DNA from: a virus
UHGV virus genome: UHGV-0205600
Length of the DNA: 41,458 nt
Direction: 5' to 3' (one strand)
Shown: positions 30,116-40,835 of the stretch, piece by piece
Numbering within the stretch: the first letter of the stretch is position 1
How the letters are laid out: each line of letters begins with the position of its first letter
The notes under the pieces: generated by a model
Database searches by the model: none
Told to the model about the DNA's origin: nothing
The model's input: only the letters and a program-made list of their open reading frames with translations
Position numbers and translations under genes: made by a program

Positions 30116-31311
30116 GACTCCACCGTTATAACGATATTTTCCGGGGTACAGGACGTAGATTCGTTGTATCTGATATCAATGTTTGATGACGACAAAGCCC
30201 CCGGGGATTTCCCAATCGTCAGTTCCTGAATATCGTAATAGCGTGCATTCCCGCCACTCACCACGCCAAGATTCGCCGGTGAGTAAATGCGACTTAAAAG
30301 GACCGAATCACCAATCATCAGACTATTGATATAGTCGGAAATAGCCTGCTGGATCTGCTGCCCTATCTGTGAGGTATAACCCGTAAAAACTTTTAATTTA
30401 ATCCGGGCGTAAACAGGCACATCACTGGAACGCGAGAATTTGATTACATGGGGATTGCCGTATTTATCCGGAACCGTAACGGATGTTGTACCGTGAGTGG
30501 CTGTCCCCTGGCCTTTATTTCCTCTGATAGCCTGAGCAATATCCGTCACATCACCGCCATCCACAATTACAGCAACAGAGTGTGGCGGTAACCCGTTACC
30601 GTCCTCCGAACCAGTATCGTTTTCATAGAGTTTGTGGCGGGTTACACCGGTAACATTAGAAACAGCACCATCCAGTGCTTCAAATGGGGTTATTGATGGC
30701 AACGCAACACTTTGCGACTGGCGGATACGTAACTCCGCATCAGTTTCTGCTGGAGTGCCTACAGTAGCTGCAGCAGGATTGGTTACCGAAACCCAGCCAC
30801 GGGTTGGCGTATTAATTTCAGTGATAGTTCCAGCCAGCGCCGCCACTGCACCACTGACAGAACATTTTGCGGTCACCATCACTGTACCATCCACGCCGAC
30901 CACCACTGAAGCAGGCAAACGCCATATCACATTATTACTGTCTTTCACGCTGCCATTAATGATGGTTGTTCCGGCAGTTCCTGTAAGAAGCAAATCAACC
31001 GTAGAATTCGTCGCGCCTTTACGTGAAATACCATTTATTTTCACGTTACTGGTCAGTGCAGCCCCATAGCCGGTTGCCGGTGAAAAACAGTTGTAGACAG
31101 TTATCGCCATATTATTGGCATCATGAATCGCCAGCGCCATCAGAGCCACCATCTGGCCGTCTTTGCTGTCCGGTTCGAGGTAGGCATCACTGCCATAAAT
31201 CTGCTGAAAATAGCTAATCAGGGTGCTGAGTATCGTCTGATAATCAGGCGCACTGATCCCCTCCGCGGTTACCTTTGCAGATAAACCGAGAGAATCAAGG
31301 TTCAGAGCCAT
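30112..31311 (-). CDS. baseplate J-like protein (Mu gp47-like position)
   Basis: 399-aa ORF in the baseplate block; size and position as for baseplate J family. Confidence 0.55.
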   Translation of the reverse strand: MALNLDSLGLSAKVTAEGISAPDYQTILSTLISYFQQIYGSDAYLEPDSKDGQMVALMALAIHDANNMAITVYNCFSPATGYGAALTSNVKINGISRKGATNSTVDLLLTGTAGTTIINGSVKDSNNVIWRLPASVVVGVDGTVMVTAKCSVSGAVAALAGTITEINTPTRGWVSVTNPAAATVGTPAETDAELRIRQSQSVALPSITPFEALDGAVSNVTGVTRHKLYENDTGSEDGNGLPPHSVAVIVDGGDVTDIAQAIRGNKGQGTATHGTTSVTVPDKYGNPHVIKFSRSSDVPVYARIKLKVFTGYTSQIGQQIQQAISDYINSLMIGDSVLLSRIYSPANLGVVSGGNARYYDIQELTIGKSPGALSSSNIDIRYNESTSCTPENIVITVES

Positions 31312-31664
31312 TACGCCTCCGATGTAACAGTCGTTATTCCATAGAGAGTGTCGATTTCAGCGGAAAACATGACACGTCGGGTCGTGGTATCCACCGTCGT
31401 ATTGAAAGAGAGGATTGATTTAACGCCCTGCGTTTCCAGAATGCGTTTTCTGATCGCTAGGTTGTAAGTTTCCGGTTTTTGCCTGCCCAGCACAGACTGG
31501 ATCCACGGAGTCCCTTCGGTAGTGTCGAGAAACCATTGCCCATACCACAATTCGAATCGCGTTTTCACAGCCTGCGCCACGGCCTCAGGCGAGTTAATCA
31601 GCCAGGTGTCATCACCGCTGCCAAAGGTGTAATCGCCATCGGCGTCTTCACGTCTGTATCGCAT
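31311..31664 (-). CDS. small baseplate protein (Mu gp46-like position)
   Basis: 117-aa ORF overlapping start/stop with neighbours; assignment by synteny. Confidence 0.45.
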   Translation of the reverse strand: MRYRREDADGDYTFGSGDDTWLINSPEAVAQAVKTRFELWYGQWFLDTTEGTPWIQSVLGRQKPETYNLAIRKRILETQGVKSILSFNTTVDTTTRRVMFSAEIDTLYGITTVTSEA

Positions 31665-32416
31665 CAGTTTACCCCGTCGGTACTGCTTCCACCGCGCTGA
31701 ACACCGCCATGAGTGTGCGTATCATCGATTGGCTTGCCGTTAGCCTTAACGCTCCCCAAGAACTCAACAGCACCAGTGATTTTTGAAGCCACGCCAGAAA
31801 CAACAGACCCCACCATGCCCCCCATCCAGGTTAACAGGCCATGAATGGTTACTTTCTCAGAAAAATCAGCCAGAGGGGCGGCCACATCAAGCCCCCCGGG
31901 AGCGACAATTTTAATTTTCCTGGTATCAGGATTAAGCTCAAAATAGGTGCTGCCGTCGTCACTACGCAACTGTGTGGCACTGGTATTAATACCGCTAATC
32001 TTCCTTGCCTGCGACTGGGGACCGACAATACAAAACGAATCCGATAAATCATGCATTCTGTCATCAACAGGCTCCTGTATCCCGCCGTTCTGCCACCAGA
32101 AATCAATACAACGATCGGCAAAAACGACAAGACACTCATCCCCGGCTTTTATCGGAAAAGTCAACGTACAGCCTCCGCCGCGCGGGAATACCACTGGCAC
32201 ATCCACCAGCAATGGGTAATTTTTGGTAATGCGGCTGCCGTCATTATCCTTTTCAACCGAACGGATAGCAGGCTGCACAACCGCCGTCACCGCATCAGGA
32301 TCGAATGACTGAATAATGCCAGGCAAGGCGACACGGATCTGGTTTTTAATGGTTTCCCGCTCGGATTTGAATGTTTCAGCAAGGTCGCCGCTGCGGGTCT
32401 GGTCGGATACTGCCAT
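31664..32416 (-). CDS. baseplate spike/assembly protein V-like
   Basis: 250-aa ORF at the position of Mu gp45; assignment by synteny. Confidence 0.45.
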   Translation of the reverse strand: MAVSDQTRSGDLAETFKSERETIKNQIRVALPGIIQSFDPDAVTAVVQPAIRSVEKDNDGSRITKNYPLLVDVPVVFPRGGGCTLTFPIKAGDECLVVFADRCIDFWWQNGGIQEPVDDRMHDLSDSFCIVGPQSQARKISGINTSATQLRSDDGSTYFELNPDTRKIKIVAPGGLDVAAPLADFSEKVTIHGLLTWMGGMVGSVVSGVASKITGAVEFLGSVKANGKPIDDTHTHGGVQRGGSSTDGVN

Positions 32417-32557
32417 TTGATAGGCTCCAATAATTTAAAACACTTGCTTTGATATTTTTGTTAAGAGCAATCAAACTATATGTTCGGATAGTGGTTGGTT
32501 TTATTAACCGTTTTCCGCTTATCAATCACAGCAATTAAATCTTTACAAGGATTAGAT

Positions 32558-32779
32558 ATGAGCACTGACTCGCAAACAACCGATATTCAGGTCAAATGCC
32601 TGCATTGTGGAGCATGGTTTCCTTCAGCTATATGGATTGGGGATCGTGAGTCCCTTCAGTCTGGAGTTTTGTTTGGGAACAAGCAACAATGCCCGAAATG
32701 TCATAAAATGACTGATTGTAATAAAGAAAATTTCAAAGCTAGATTTAAGGATGGCGGATTTATAGGTACGAAAGTCTAA
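32558..32779 (+). CDS. small zinc-ribbon protein (about 73 aa)
   Basis: Start at MSTDSQTTDIQVKCLHCGAW...; two CxxC pairs (CLHCG, CPKCH); opposite strand to the surrounding tail operon. Confidence 0.45.
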   Translation: MSTDSQTTDIQVKCLHCGAWFPSAIWIGDRESLQSGVLFGNKQQCPKCHKMTDCNKENFKARFKDGGFIGTKV

Positions 32780-32796
32780 ATAACATCCCCAAAAAA

Positions 32797-32818
32797 AGCC
32801 TCACGGCGATATGAGGCT
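32797..32818. terminator. bidirectional rho-independent terminator
   Basis: Stem agcctca / tgaggct with 8-nt loop, flanked by an A-run upstream and a T-run downstream; sits between two convergent small genes. Confidence 0.6.
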
Positions 32819-32841
32819 TTTTCAATGAATACTAAAAATGT

Positions 32842-33189
32842 TCAATCAGCAATTTTCTTACAAGGGTAAGATCCAATGATTTTCGGAGCATCCATGCTGT
32901 GTTGCAGCAGTTGGACGTTCAGGAAGGCTTTTCCGTTACGCTTCACAAACTCAAAGCCGTAATTGTTGCCATCGCGGGAAGGCATCAGGCCCATGTCGGT
33001 TTTAACGTTGTCCCAGTCATCTTTCTGACCAAGAAACTTAATTTTCTGAGATGTTACCTGTTCGCCGTTGATTTTCGTCCACCCGTTATCAGATGCATGA
33101 AGTCGGTATCCCCCGCATTGCAAATCAGCGAAAGCCGATGAGCAGGAAAACAGTAACGAAATTGTCAGAACTAACTTCATACGCTTCAT
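32842..33189 (-). CDS. secreted small protein (about 115 aa)
   Basis: Start at MKRMKLVLTISLLFSCSSAFA, a Sec signal peptide; Cys-containing mature region; inserted between baseplate genes. Confidence 0.5.
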   Translation of the reverse strand: MKRMKLVLTISLLFSCSSAFADLQCGGYRLHASDNGWTKINGEQVTSQKIKFLGQKDDWDNVKTDMGLMPSRDGNNYGFEFVKRNGKAFLNVQLLQHSMDAPKIIGSYPCKKIAD

Positions 33190-34253
33190 GAATAAATCCT
33201 TTGCTGCGCTGAGGACGAAAGTAAATCCGCCGCGCCACGCGCTTCGCACATCATGTCCATGTACCACGCCTGGCCCCTTGTGTCACCAGTGTACATAATC
33301 CCGCGCACAATATAAACGCCATCCGTTGCGATGCTGGCAGGCTGCGATGTGGTGCCGCTGAGCGTGATATTTCCGTCCGTGTTCTGGTCGGTGATCTGAC
33401 CACCAGCCATCGCAATATCGTTGTTCGACAACGCGGTACGATAGACGGAAGCCTGATCCAGCTGAATGAGCCCGTTAACCCGGATGTTCGGATTAATAAG
33501 CGCGCGGACGTTTACGCCGTTACCGATAGTCTGCTGCGGCATTCCAATAAGCCCGGTAGCGCTGTTGAGCACAATCGCTTCGTGAACATATTCGTTATTC
33601 GCCACCATCTGGCGCTGACCGTCCACGAATTGCCATGTTGCGCCACATTGTCCGGCTACGTTATCCATTAGATGCCGCGTCATGCCAAAGAGTACCCGCC
33701 CCCGGGGGAATACAGTAGCAGGCATTTCAGGCGTCAGGCCTTCGGTCGCGCCTTTGGCTTCGAAGTCTTTCATCAGCGCACGGTTCACATCAGCGACCGT
33801 GTAACCGGCAGCCAGCGTCTGTGAGGTTATACTGGTAGCAAAAGCCAGATCAGTATCTGCTGCCTGAATCAGGACGTAGGTATCAACCGGACTGTCTTTT
33901 CCTGTGACCGAGTAGCGAATTTCACCGCTGAAAATCAGTCCGTAGTTGCGGCCATCACTCTGGCCCACGTCCGCCGCGTCAACTTCCCGCACTGTCCCGA
34001 CGTCGCTTGCCGACACCTCCGGCGCGATACCGTCGTAACCCGCAATCAGACGCACTTTCGAAAACTCCTGTCCGGTGATTCGGTTCACAGTATCTGCCGA
34101 GAGGTTATAAATTTTGATAGTCCCTACCCGGGATGCACTGCTGATGTTGAACCAGTCGATCGTAAAGGTAACTTTAAAATCACTTAGCTCAATTCCCTGA
34201 CCGTTCTCGTCCACAAGCTGCAGCTCGAAATGTCTCATCCAGTTCTGTGACAT
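33186..34253 (-). CDS. baseplate hub protein (Mu gp44 P-like position)
   Basis: 355-aa ORF downstream of tape-measure-associated genes; assignment by size and synteny. Confidence 0.5.
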   Translation of the reverse strand: MSQNWMRHFELQLVDENGQGIELSDFKVTFTIDWFNISSASRVGTIKIYNLSADTVNRITGQEFSKVRLIAGYDGIAPEVSASDVGTVREVDAADVGQSDGRNYGLIFSGEIRYSVTGKDSPVDTYVLIQAADTDLAFATSITSQTLAAGYTVADVNRALMKDFEAKGATEGLTPEMPATVFPRGRVLFGMTRHLMDNVAGQCGATWQFVDGQRQMVANNEYVHEAIVLNSATGLIGMPQQTIGNGVNVRALINPNIRVNGLIQLDQASVYRTALSNNDIAMAGGQITDQNTDGNITLSGTTSQPASIATDGVYIVRGIMYTGDTRGQAWYMDMMCEARGAADLLSSSAQQRIYS

Positions 34254-34255
34254 GC

Positions 34256-34558
34256 TTACTCCGTTGATACCAGTAAATGGCTGCGACCGCCCAGGTCAGT
34301 TTTTGTGGGGTAATCCTGTGTGTTGTCATCACAGACCACCACCAGCTTAAAACCAAGCCCCATACAGGCGTACTGCGCCAGCAGGTCGGCACCAGTGACG
34401 AGAGGAATACCGGAGATTACCGGCTCCCCTCTGTCGTTCTGCAGGTCCATAATCCAGTACAGATCGCGCCATATGATGCTAATCCGCCAGGTAACACCAC
34501 CTAAGACGATGCTGAACTGCTGGTTGTCCGCTGTCAGCGGAATTTCCTGAATTGTCAT
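34256..34558 (-). CDS. tail protein
   Basis: 100-aa ORF in the tail block with tight spacing to neighbours. Confidence 0.4.
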   Translation of the reverse strand: MTIQEIPLTADNQQFSIVLGGVTWRISIIWRDLYWIMDLQNDRGEPVISGIPLVTGADLLAQYACMGLGFKLVVVCDDNTQDYPTKTDLGGRSHLLVSTE

Positions 34559-35145
34559 TAGCCGCCCCCCAGTAATGACGCCACGTTACCCGTGATGCTT
34601 TTCAGCAGTGAAGTATCTGGAGGCTTTGTGGTTTTGTTGCCGCTATTCTGTACCGCCGACGTGCTGGCCCCTTCCTTCATGTTGGTTTTATCCGCGACGG
34701 TAATCTGCTGTGTCCGGGAGATAAGGACCTCCCTCAGGGTGAGGACGGCGGACAGGACGTTTTCGGTTGTCTTGTCCGTCGTCACTTCCAGCGCCCGGAT
34801 CAACATGTTGCTGTACAGTCGTTTACCGGTTACCACATCGAAGGGGATACGGCTTTCCTGCAGATCCAGTAGCTCCTGATACGTCTGCTGAGGACTCAGG
34901 CCGAGCAGGCTGGTAGCCGTCAGATTACTGGCAAAATCCAGCAATGCGCCGTCACCGGCGAAACCAACCTCCATCACCACTTCTGACGGTTTTTTATAGG
35001 CATGATCAGCGACAGCGGCCCCAACCTCTACCGGATGCTCTGTTATTTCAAGCATATCTGTATGCTTCTCTGAAATAACAACACTGGGAACAATCATTCC
35101 TATTTTTCTGCTCTGCTGATGAAAAAGTGTAGAGAGAATATCCAC
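34558..35145 (-). CDS. tail protein (DNA-circulation-like position after tape measure)
   Basis: 195-aa ORF immediately downstream of the tape measure gene; assignment by synteny. Confidence 0.4.
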   Translation of the reverse strand: MDILSTLFHQQSRKIGMIVPSVVISEKHTDMLEITEHPVEVGAAVADHAYKKPSEVVMEVGFAGDGALLDFASNLTATSLLGLSPQQTYQELLDLQESRIPFDVVTGKRLYSNMLIRALEVTTDKTTENVLSAVLTLREVLISRTQQITVADKTNMKEGASTSAVQNSGNKTTKPPDTSLLKSITGNVASLLGGG

Positions 35146-37133
35146 TAACCCACCCTCACCTGATTACTTCGCATGACCTGAGCATTTGCAGACTGTTGCC
35201 GACGTGCAACCTCATTACCGACAGCGTGCGGATCTCCGCCACCGTAAATGTGGTAGGTATTTTGCTGGTTAACCTCTGTCACTTTGCCACTAATTCCCGC
35301 CACGGCAGCCTTATTAATCAGCTCTCGAGAATAGATATTTCTTCCATTCTCATGCTGGATAATGCTGCTCATCAATGCTGACATGGTTTGCGGATCGCTC
35401 ATATTCAGGGCAGCCCGGGGATCCACTCCCAGTCGTTGCGATACAGCCCTGATATACGCAGTTGTGTTGTTATTATCAGACGCAGGTGCCCAGGTAGAGA
35501 TAATTTTCTCCACACTGTTTATTCCCCGTCCGGCGTACAGCATTAACTGACGAGCAAGAGCCCGTAATCCATCAAAGGCAGTTTCAAATCTGGCAAATCG
35601 CCCGCCCGGGCGTTCAAGAGAAGCCCCTGCCTGACCAGCAAAATTAAGGTTTCCCGGATTGTTATTCCGTTCTCCTCGTTTCGTAGCCTGTGCATGTTGT
35701 TCCGGCTCATCATCACCAAACCAGCCGCGTACCGTCCGGCCCACACTGCGGGGATCAAATCCCCAGTGCTCTTTAATCCAGTCGGCAGTACTGTTAGCGC
35801 TGTCTGTAACCATCGGCATCGCTGACGGATTTTCGCTGCCCTGATTAAGTATCTGTTTGCCGATGCTGACGGCATCAGCCCAGCGGCCATCTTTGATAGC
35901 GTTGAGCAGGTCGGCGATCATGTTCAGCATTTTGCTGAATTCGCCCATCTGGTCGATGAAGTTGCTGAAATCCCACTTCAGGGACCATGATTTGGGGTCA
36001 ATATTGAGCAGTTTCGCCAGCGCTTTCACCAGGTCGTTAACGGTCGTTTTAAGGTCACGAACCATCTTCAGCGCGGCATCAACCTCCGGTTTCCACTTGC
36101 CCCAGTCAATCAGGCTGTCGCCGCCTTCCTTCCAGGTCTGATAGTCCTCCCACAGGAGGGCAATCCCCGCCGCCAGCGCGGTAATGAGGCCAATCGGCGA
36201 CATCCAGAACGTACTGTTCAGAATGCGCAGCGCAATCGTCAGTGCGCCAAACAGCGAGATCAACTCCCGCGTTTGCTTATCCAGCGATTGCCACCAGGTG
36301 ATGAGGCCTGATGTCCCCTCAATCAGTCTGAAGAACAGCCGCCCGATAATATCCCCGAGCGCCAGAATGCCTTTTATGGCTTTCGTCAGGGTCTGCTCGA
36401 TACGCGGGAAGTTGTCCAGGATATGGCGGCGCAGTGTGTCCAGCGAACCCGCAAGCCCACCCGCAAGATTAGAGCCGATTTTGTCACGGGCCATGCCTGC
36501 CATCGCGCCAAACTCACGCAGGGAGGTCATAAATTTGTTGGAGCTTCTGGCCGCCTCGTCAGCATTGAAGCCGATAGCTTTCGCCATTGCGCTGTACTGC
36601 CCGGAGAAGCCACCCACACCGCGACGCATAGCCAACAGGGTATTTTCGTCAATGCCCAGCATCTGCGCATACTGGTTAGCACGGTAATACGGCATGTCGC
36701 TGAGCTTCTGGCCTACCCCTGTAAAAATAGCGGCCATGTCACGCATGTTACCGCTGGCATCCCGTGTCTGTACCCCCAGACGATTCAGAAATCCCTCCGC
36801 CCCGGGATTATTACGAATAAACCGGGAGAGGTTTTCCAGAGAAGATCGCGCAGCGTCCACGCTGCCGCCAACCTGCGAAACCGCATAGCCAATAGACTGA
36901 ATTCCCTGGACTGTCGCGCCGGTGCGCTGTGACGCCCAGTAAAGATTATCCAGGCCGGAGGCGATCTTAGCCGTGAAGGCCACCACGGACAGCGCCGCTC
37001 CTTCGACGGCCAGCCCCATTTTGATGACATTTGCAGTTGTACCGGCGAGGACAGAACCGAATTTTTTCGCTCCTGCATCATCCACACTGAAGCCAAGCGA
37101 GACAAGGAAATCTTTAATAGTCTCGGCGTTCAT
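35145..37133 (-). CDS. tail tape measure protein
   Basis: Longest tail ORF (about 660 aa), helical/Ala-Gly-rich with hydrophobic central segments; downstream of tube and chaperone genes. Confidence 0.65.
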   Translation of the reverse strand: MNAETIKDFLVSLGFSVDDAGAKKFGSVLAGTTANVIKMGLAVEGAALSVVAFTAKIASGLDNLYWASQRTGATVQGIQSIGYAVSQVGGSVDAARSSLENLSRFIRNNPGAEGFLNRLGVQTRDASGNMRDMAAIFTGVGQKLSDMPYYRANQYAQMLGIDENTLLAMRRGVGGFSGQYSAMAKAIGFNADEAARSSNKFMTSLREFGAMAGMARDKIGSNLAGGLAGSLDTLRRHILDNFPRIEQTLTKAIKGILALGDIIGRLFFRLIEGTSGLITWWQSLDKQTRELISLFGALTIALRILNSTFWMSPIGLITALAAGIALLWEDYQTWKEGGDSLIDWGKWKPEVDAALKMVRDLKTTVNDLVKALAKLLNIDPKSWSLKWDFSNFIDQMGEFSKMLNMIADLLNAIKDGRWADAVSIGKQILNQGSENPSAMPMVTDSANSTADWIKEHWGFDPRSVGRTVRGWFGDDEPEQHAQATKRGERNNNPGNLNFAGQAGASLERPGGRFARFETAFDGLRALARQLMLYAGRGINSVEKIISTWAPASDNNNTTAYIRAVSQRLGVDPRAALNMSDPQTMSALMSSIIQHENGRNIYSRELINKAAVAGISGKVTEVNQQNTYHIYGGGDPHAVGNEVARRQQSANAQVMRSNQVRVG

Positions 37134-37310
37134 TATCCTCTCTCCATTTCTCAATGCGCCGCTGGTTATCCGCTTTTACCGCCAGATGGTCATTCAAGAG
37201 AGCAATGTCGTACAAATCGACAGAGCCATCTTTAAGTGCTGTATAAGGAATTAACCCGGCGTCAACCGGATTGAGAAGGTAGGACAGCCCGTCCGGCAGG
37301 CTGTTAAACG

Positions 37311-37763
37311 TCAGCCCTGTTGCAGGCTCTGCGTCGTGCTGGTAAGGGGTGTAGGCAAAAAATTTCCCAGCGAATCGGCGACCACCCGCGCCACCAGCTG
37401 CAGCATGACCAGCAGGTCAATATCATCAAACATCAGTTCGCCCTGGGTAAATACCGGCACCCATCCGTCCATATGACGCCGCGATACCACCGCAAGACAG
37501 GGATGAATAATCGCATCGGTGTCATCTTCGGTCAGGGAAGACAGTTCCTCAGCGATACGCGGGAGCATGGTTTCAAACACCGGTTTTAACTGCTCGAATT
37601 TCACGGTGTCGATTTTGCCGTCAGCAGGCAAACGGGAGCGAATGCTCCCGAAATCTGACATCATTCCCGCCAGTACCGGCAGAAGTTTGCGGGTCACTTT
37701 CAGCTGGTCAAAAACGCTGAGTTTTGCCACGCGATATTTCACGCCTTTGATTTCGAATTCCAT
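37311..37763 (-). CDS. tail assembly chaperone
   Basis: 150-aa acidic ORF between the tube and tape measure genes. Confidence 0.4.
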   Translation of the reverse strand: MEFEIKGVKYRVAKLSVFDQLKVTRKLLPVLAGMMSDFGSIRSRLPADGKIDTVKFEQLKPVFETMLPRIAEELSSLTEDDTDAIIHPCLAVVSRRHMDGWVPVFTQGELMFDDIDLLVMLQLVARVVADSLGNFLPTPLTSTTQSLQQG

Positions 37764-37766
37764 GTA

Positions 37767-38207
37767 TTAAAACTCCCCGAGAACCTGGTCAATCTTGCCG
37801 CAGTCAAACACCCACGGCATCGTATTACCGGTTTTAGCGTTGGCATTATCCGGTTGTTTCTGGAACGCAACACTGCGTGCCGTGATGATGTCGCCGCTGA
37901 CCTTGTTGCGGATCACGATAACGTTATTCCCCCATGTGGCAGAAGACTGGCTCTGTGCGTTATACGCCAGCGACAATTTTTTATTTGTCGGTGATGTCTT
38001 CAGAAGGTTAACGGTAATCGTCCCGCTTTTATCTGCATGGAGGCTGTGCATCACTTCACCATCAGCACCGATGGTCATGGTGTTTTTAGGACCGCCCATC
38101 GCAACCACAATCCCCTCTTCAGAACTTGCAGAACCGTACCCGAGGTCAATCGAACCGGTCGGGCCGGTCAGCGTCGCAGTGACATCCATAAAAGAATAGG
38201 TAGACAT
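37767..38207 (-). CDS. tail tube protein
   Basis: 146-aa ORF directly downstream of the sheath-like gene. Confidence 0.5.
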   Translation of the reverse strand: MSTYSFMDVTATLTGPTGSIDLGYGSASSEEGIVVAMGGPKNTMTIGADGEVMHSLHADKSGTITVNLLKTSPTNKKLSLAYNAQSQSSATWGNNVIVIRNKVSGDIITARSVAFQKQPDNANAKTGNTMPWVFDCGKIDQVLGEF

Positions 38208-38217
38208 TCACTTCCCC

Positions 38218-39363
38218 TTAGCGAACAACGTTAATCTGTACGTCAGCGTAATGAACCGCGCCTGCAAGTTTTATTGCAGCCTGAATCACCGGAGCCTTAC
38301 GGGCTTCACGTTCTGATTGTGCCTGTTCATCCAGCGGCTGGGCGTATACGTAATAACCTTTGGGCAGTGTGTCACCTGATGACAACTGACCAAGGTCGCC
38401 CCCGTTCCATACGCCCGGAGCAATCAGTCCATTCTGAACGGCCTGATCCAGTGATTTTTCAACATTTGATAACAGTCGGGTAATACCGGCTTCAGTCTGG
38501 GGAACTTTCGTGGTGCTGGTATAAAGCAGGTTATAGAGGTTGGTCTGCACATAATTCTGTAACCAGTCCAGGCCGTGGCGTTCATCAAAGAAATCGCCGT
38601 TAGCCATCACTCCCTGCTGGAGGATAGCCGTATCATTCTGGTAGTACACGAATACATTGCAGTTTTTTGCATCAAGTGCCGATGCCTGGCTGACTGTCAG
38701 TGTTTCATACCCGACACCCGGCTCCTGCTTAAACTTGAGCGTAATCGCGGTATTACTGCCATTGAAATTAACCGTGAATACCCGGCCAAATGCAGATAAC
38801 GCAGCGTATTTATTACCCGATGAATACTGAATAAAACTGCGTGAATATCCGGCGGTTTTCAGTTTTGATGCCAAATCATCGCTGGATGCAGTCTGCAGGC
38901 ATTTATCATCGCTTGTCGTAATCGCCAGAATACGGCTTACAGAAGAGGATTCGATCGCCGCAGCCACTTTCAGCCAGTCTGCATCCGGAATATCTTCATC
39001 GTCTGCAATCCCCAGCCCATACCATGAAGTATAATCGAGCATGGCATTCACAGCCTGCTCCAGCGTCTCAAGCGTGGCCTGTTCGCTGTCACCCTTCGTT
39101 TTCACCCAACGACCAACAAAAACCTCCTGAGGTTTCGGTGATTGTGAGAAAAACACCTGCGCAGCCTTATATTCTGGTGATTCCACGCCAAAATCTTTTC
39201 CAATATCTTCCGCGGCAGAATAACGGCGAATGCGCTCACTTACCGGAATGATTGTGGACGGGCCGAGAATGAGTAATGCACCAAAATTTCGCCCTGATGC
39301 TGCACGCGGCGACATGATCACATCAACATTAACAACGTTTGATACAGGCAAGCCCTGTGCCAT
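38218..39363 (-). CDS. tail sheath-like protein
   Basis: 381-aa ORF upstream of the tube gene in a contractile-tail gene order. Confidence 0.55.
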   Translation of the reverse strand: MAQGLPVSNVVNVDVIMSPRAASGRNFGALLILGPSTIIPVSERIRRYSAAEDIGKDFGVESPEYKAAQVFFSQSPKPQEVFVGRWVKTKGDSEQATLETLEQAVNAMLDYTSWYGLGIADDEDIPDADWLKVAAAIESSSVSRILAITTSDDKCLQTASSDDLASKLKTAGYSRSFIQYSSGNKYAALSAFGRVFTVNFNGSNTAITLKFKQEPGVGYETLTVSQASALDAKNCNVFVYYQNDTAILQQGVMANGDFFDERHGLDWLQNYVQTNLYNLLYTSTTKVPQTEAGITRLLSNVEKSLDQAVQNGLIAPGVWNGGDLGQLSSGDTLPKGYYVYAQPLDEQAQSEREARKAPVIQAAIKLAGAVHYADVQINVVR

Positions 39364-39366
39364 AGC

Positions 39367-39975
39367 TTAATCTCCGAAAAAGATGACTGGTGCTTCCACC
39401 AGCGATTTAATACCGTACTCGCGCACAACCTTCCGGCGCAGGCGCACCGTCATATCGTAGCGGCGGACCCATTGCTGATTAATAAGTTCAGGGAAGGGGG
39501 TCAGACCTGTGTAATCGCCAAGAGACAGCCCCAGCGCATTCAGTGCTGCATTGTTCTGCGGTACAGATATACCGTCACGAAACCGGGACGCATACACCAT
39601 CCCCGCCGGACCATAAAACGAAGCCATACACTCAATCGTTTCATGCCGCCAGAGCTTAGAGCCATCATCGGTCTGTCTGGTGAATGCCGGACTGTCATCA
39701 CCTGACCATCCGATAACCCCAAACGCACACCAGTTCGTTTCAGCCGGTAGCAGTGGCGGCTGCTCTTTCTGCCAGCGCGGGCGAACCATCCCGGCAGACA
39801 GACCGGAAACGTTACGCATCCACTGGCTTAACAGCCTGTCGAGCGCTTCGTCATAATCCGGATCGCCACTGGTTGGTATCAGCCATCCGCGCTCTGTACT
39901 GGTGTTATTGCTCAACCGGAATTCCCCCATCAAACGGCAGCAACTCACAATGCGCCTGAACGAATCCGGCACCAT
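39367..39975 (-). CDS. structural protein, head-tail joining region
   Basis: 202-aa ORF in the operon between head and tail genes; start uncertain. Confidence 0.35.
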   Translation of the reverse strand: MVPDSFRRIVSCCRLMGEFRLSNNTSTERGWLIPTSGDPDYDEALDRLLSQWMRNVSGLSAGMVRPRWQKEQPPLLPAETNWCAFGVIGWSGDDSPAFTRQTDDGSKLWRHETIECMASFYGPAGMVYASRFRDGISVPQNNAALNALGLSLGDYTGLTPFPELINQQWVRRYDMTVRLRRKVVREYGIKSLVEAPVIFFGD

Positions 39976-40294
39976 AAGCTGTATACGGGTCGACGAAGGT
40001 CACACGATAATCACGGCCCTGATACGTCACGATATCGGCATCACGGCCAGTCTGTCCCTGCGTCAGTCGCTCAGTCGTCACAATCAGAATTGCACCGCTG
40101 ATTACCTGCCCTGCCTGCATACGGCGGTTTTCCAGAGAGCGATCAACAGTTACGACTCCGGCAAACTGCTTTTTAACTTCGCTGTCGCTGCCGATCCCGT
40201 CCTCATCCACCGTTTGCACTCGGCGTGTTACCCACAAATTGAAGTCGCAAAAATCGGGGTCAAAAAGCACATCTGTTACATCAAGAGTCGGCAT
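39905..40294 (-). CDS. structural protein, head-tail joining region
   Basis: 129-aa ORF overlapping neighbours within the structural operon. Confidence 0.35.
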   Translation of the reverse strand: MPTLDVTDVLFDPDFCDFNLWVTRRVQTVDEDGIGSDSEVKKQFAGVVTVDRSLENRRMQAGQVISGAILIVTTERLTQGQTGRDADIVTYQGRDYRVTFVDPYTAYGAGFVQAHCELLPFDGGIPVEQ

Positions 40295-40835
40295 CTTTAT
40301 CCCTCACTACATGGGTAATAGCTCTGCGATATTGCCCGGTGTCAATTAATGGTTTCGCCAGATCGGTTCCGGGAGATTCGCCAGCAGCACGCCGGGCAAG
40401 TTCCAGTGTTGCCCCCTTGCGCCCCCGACGAGCCCGGGCTTCAACAGTACTGTCAGCAAGCGGCGTAAAGCCGGTAATGGTCATGTAACGCCTGACACCA
40501 TTAACGGCCAGCGTTCCGGCACGGTTGAGTGCGCCTTCTGCTCCCGCAGCATTACCATCCAGTGCAGCCTGCGCCGCGGCTTTGAGCTGCGGCACCGTCT
40601 GCTCTTCTGCCGATTTAACGCCGGGGGCCAGGTGAGGTCGTGGCGGGATGTTCTGCTCTGGTGAGCCGTATTCGTTGAGGTAACCGATGCCCGCATTACC
40701 AAACGGAACATCATCCCGCTCGCTGTCTTCCGAAGGGATGCCGACCAGCACATCTTTTTTGGTTAACGACCTGAGCGCATCCAGAATGGCCTTAGCGTTA
40801 TCCACCCTCGTTGTTACACCGCTTTTGAAACTCAT
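40281..40835 (-). CDS. structural protein, head-tail joining region
   Basis: 184-aa ORF within the structural operon. Confidence 0.4.
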   Translation of the reverse strand: MSFKSGVTTRVDNAKAILDALRSLTKKDVLVGIPSEDSERDDVPFGNAGIGYLNEYGSPEQNIPPRPHLAPGVKSAEEQTVPQLKAAAQAALDGNAAGAEGALNRAGTLAVNGVRRYMTITGFTPLADSTVEARARRGRKGATLELARRAAGESPGTDLAKPLIDTGQYRRAITHVVRDKDADS

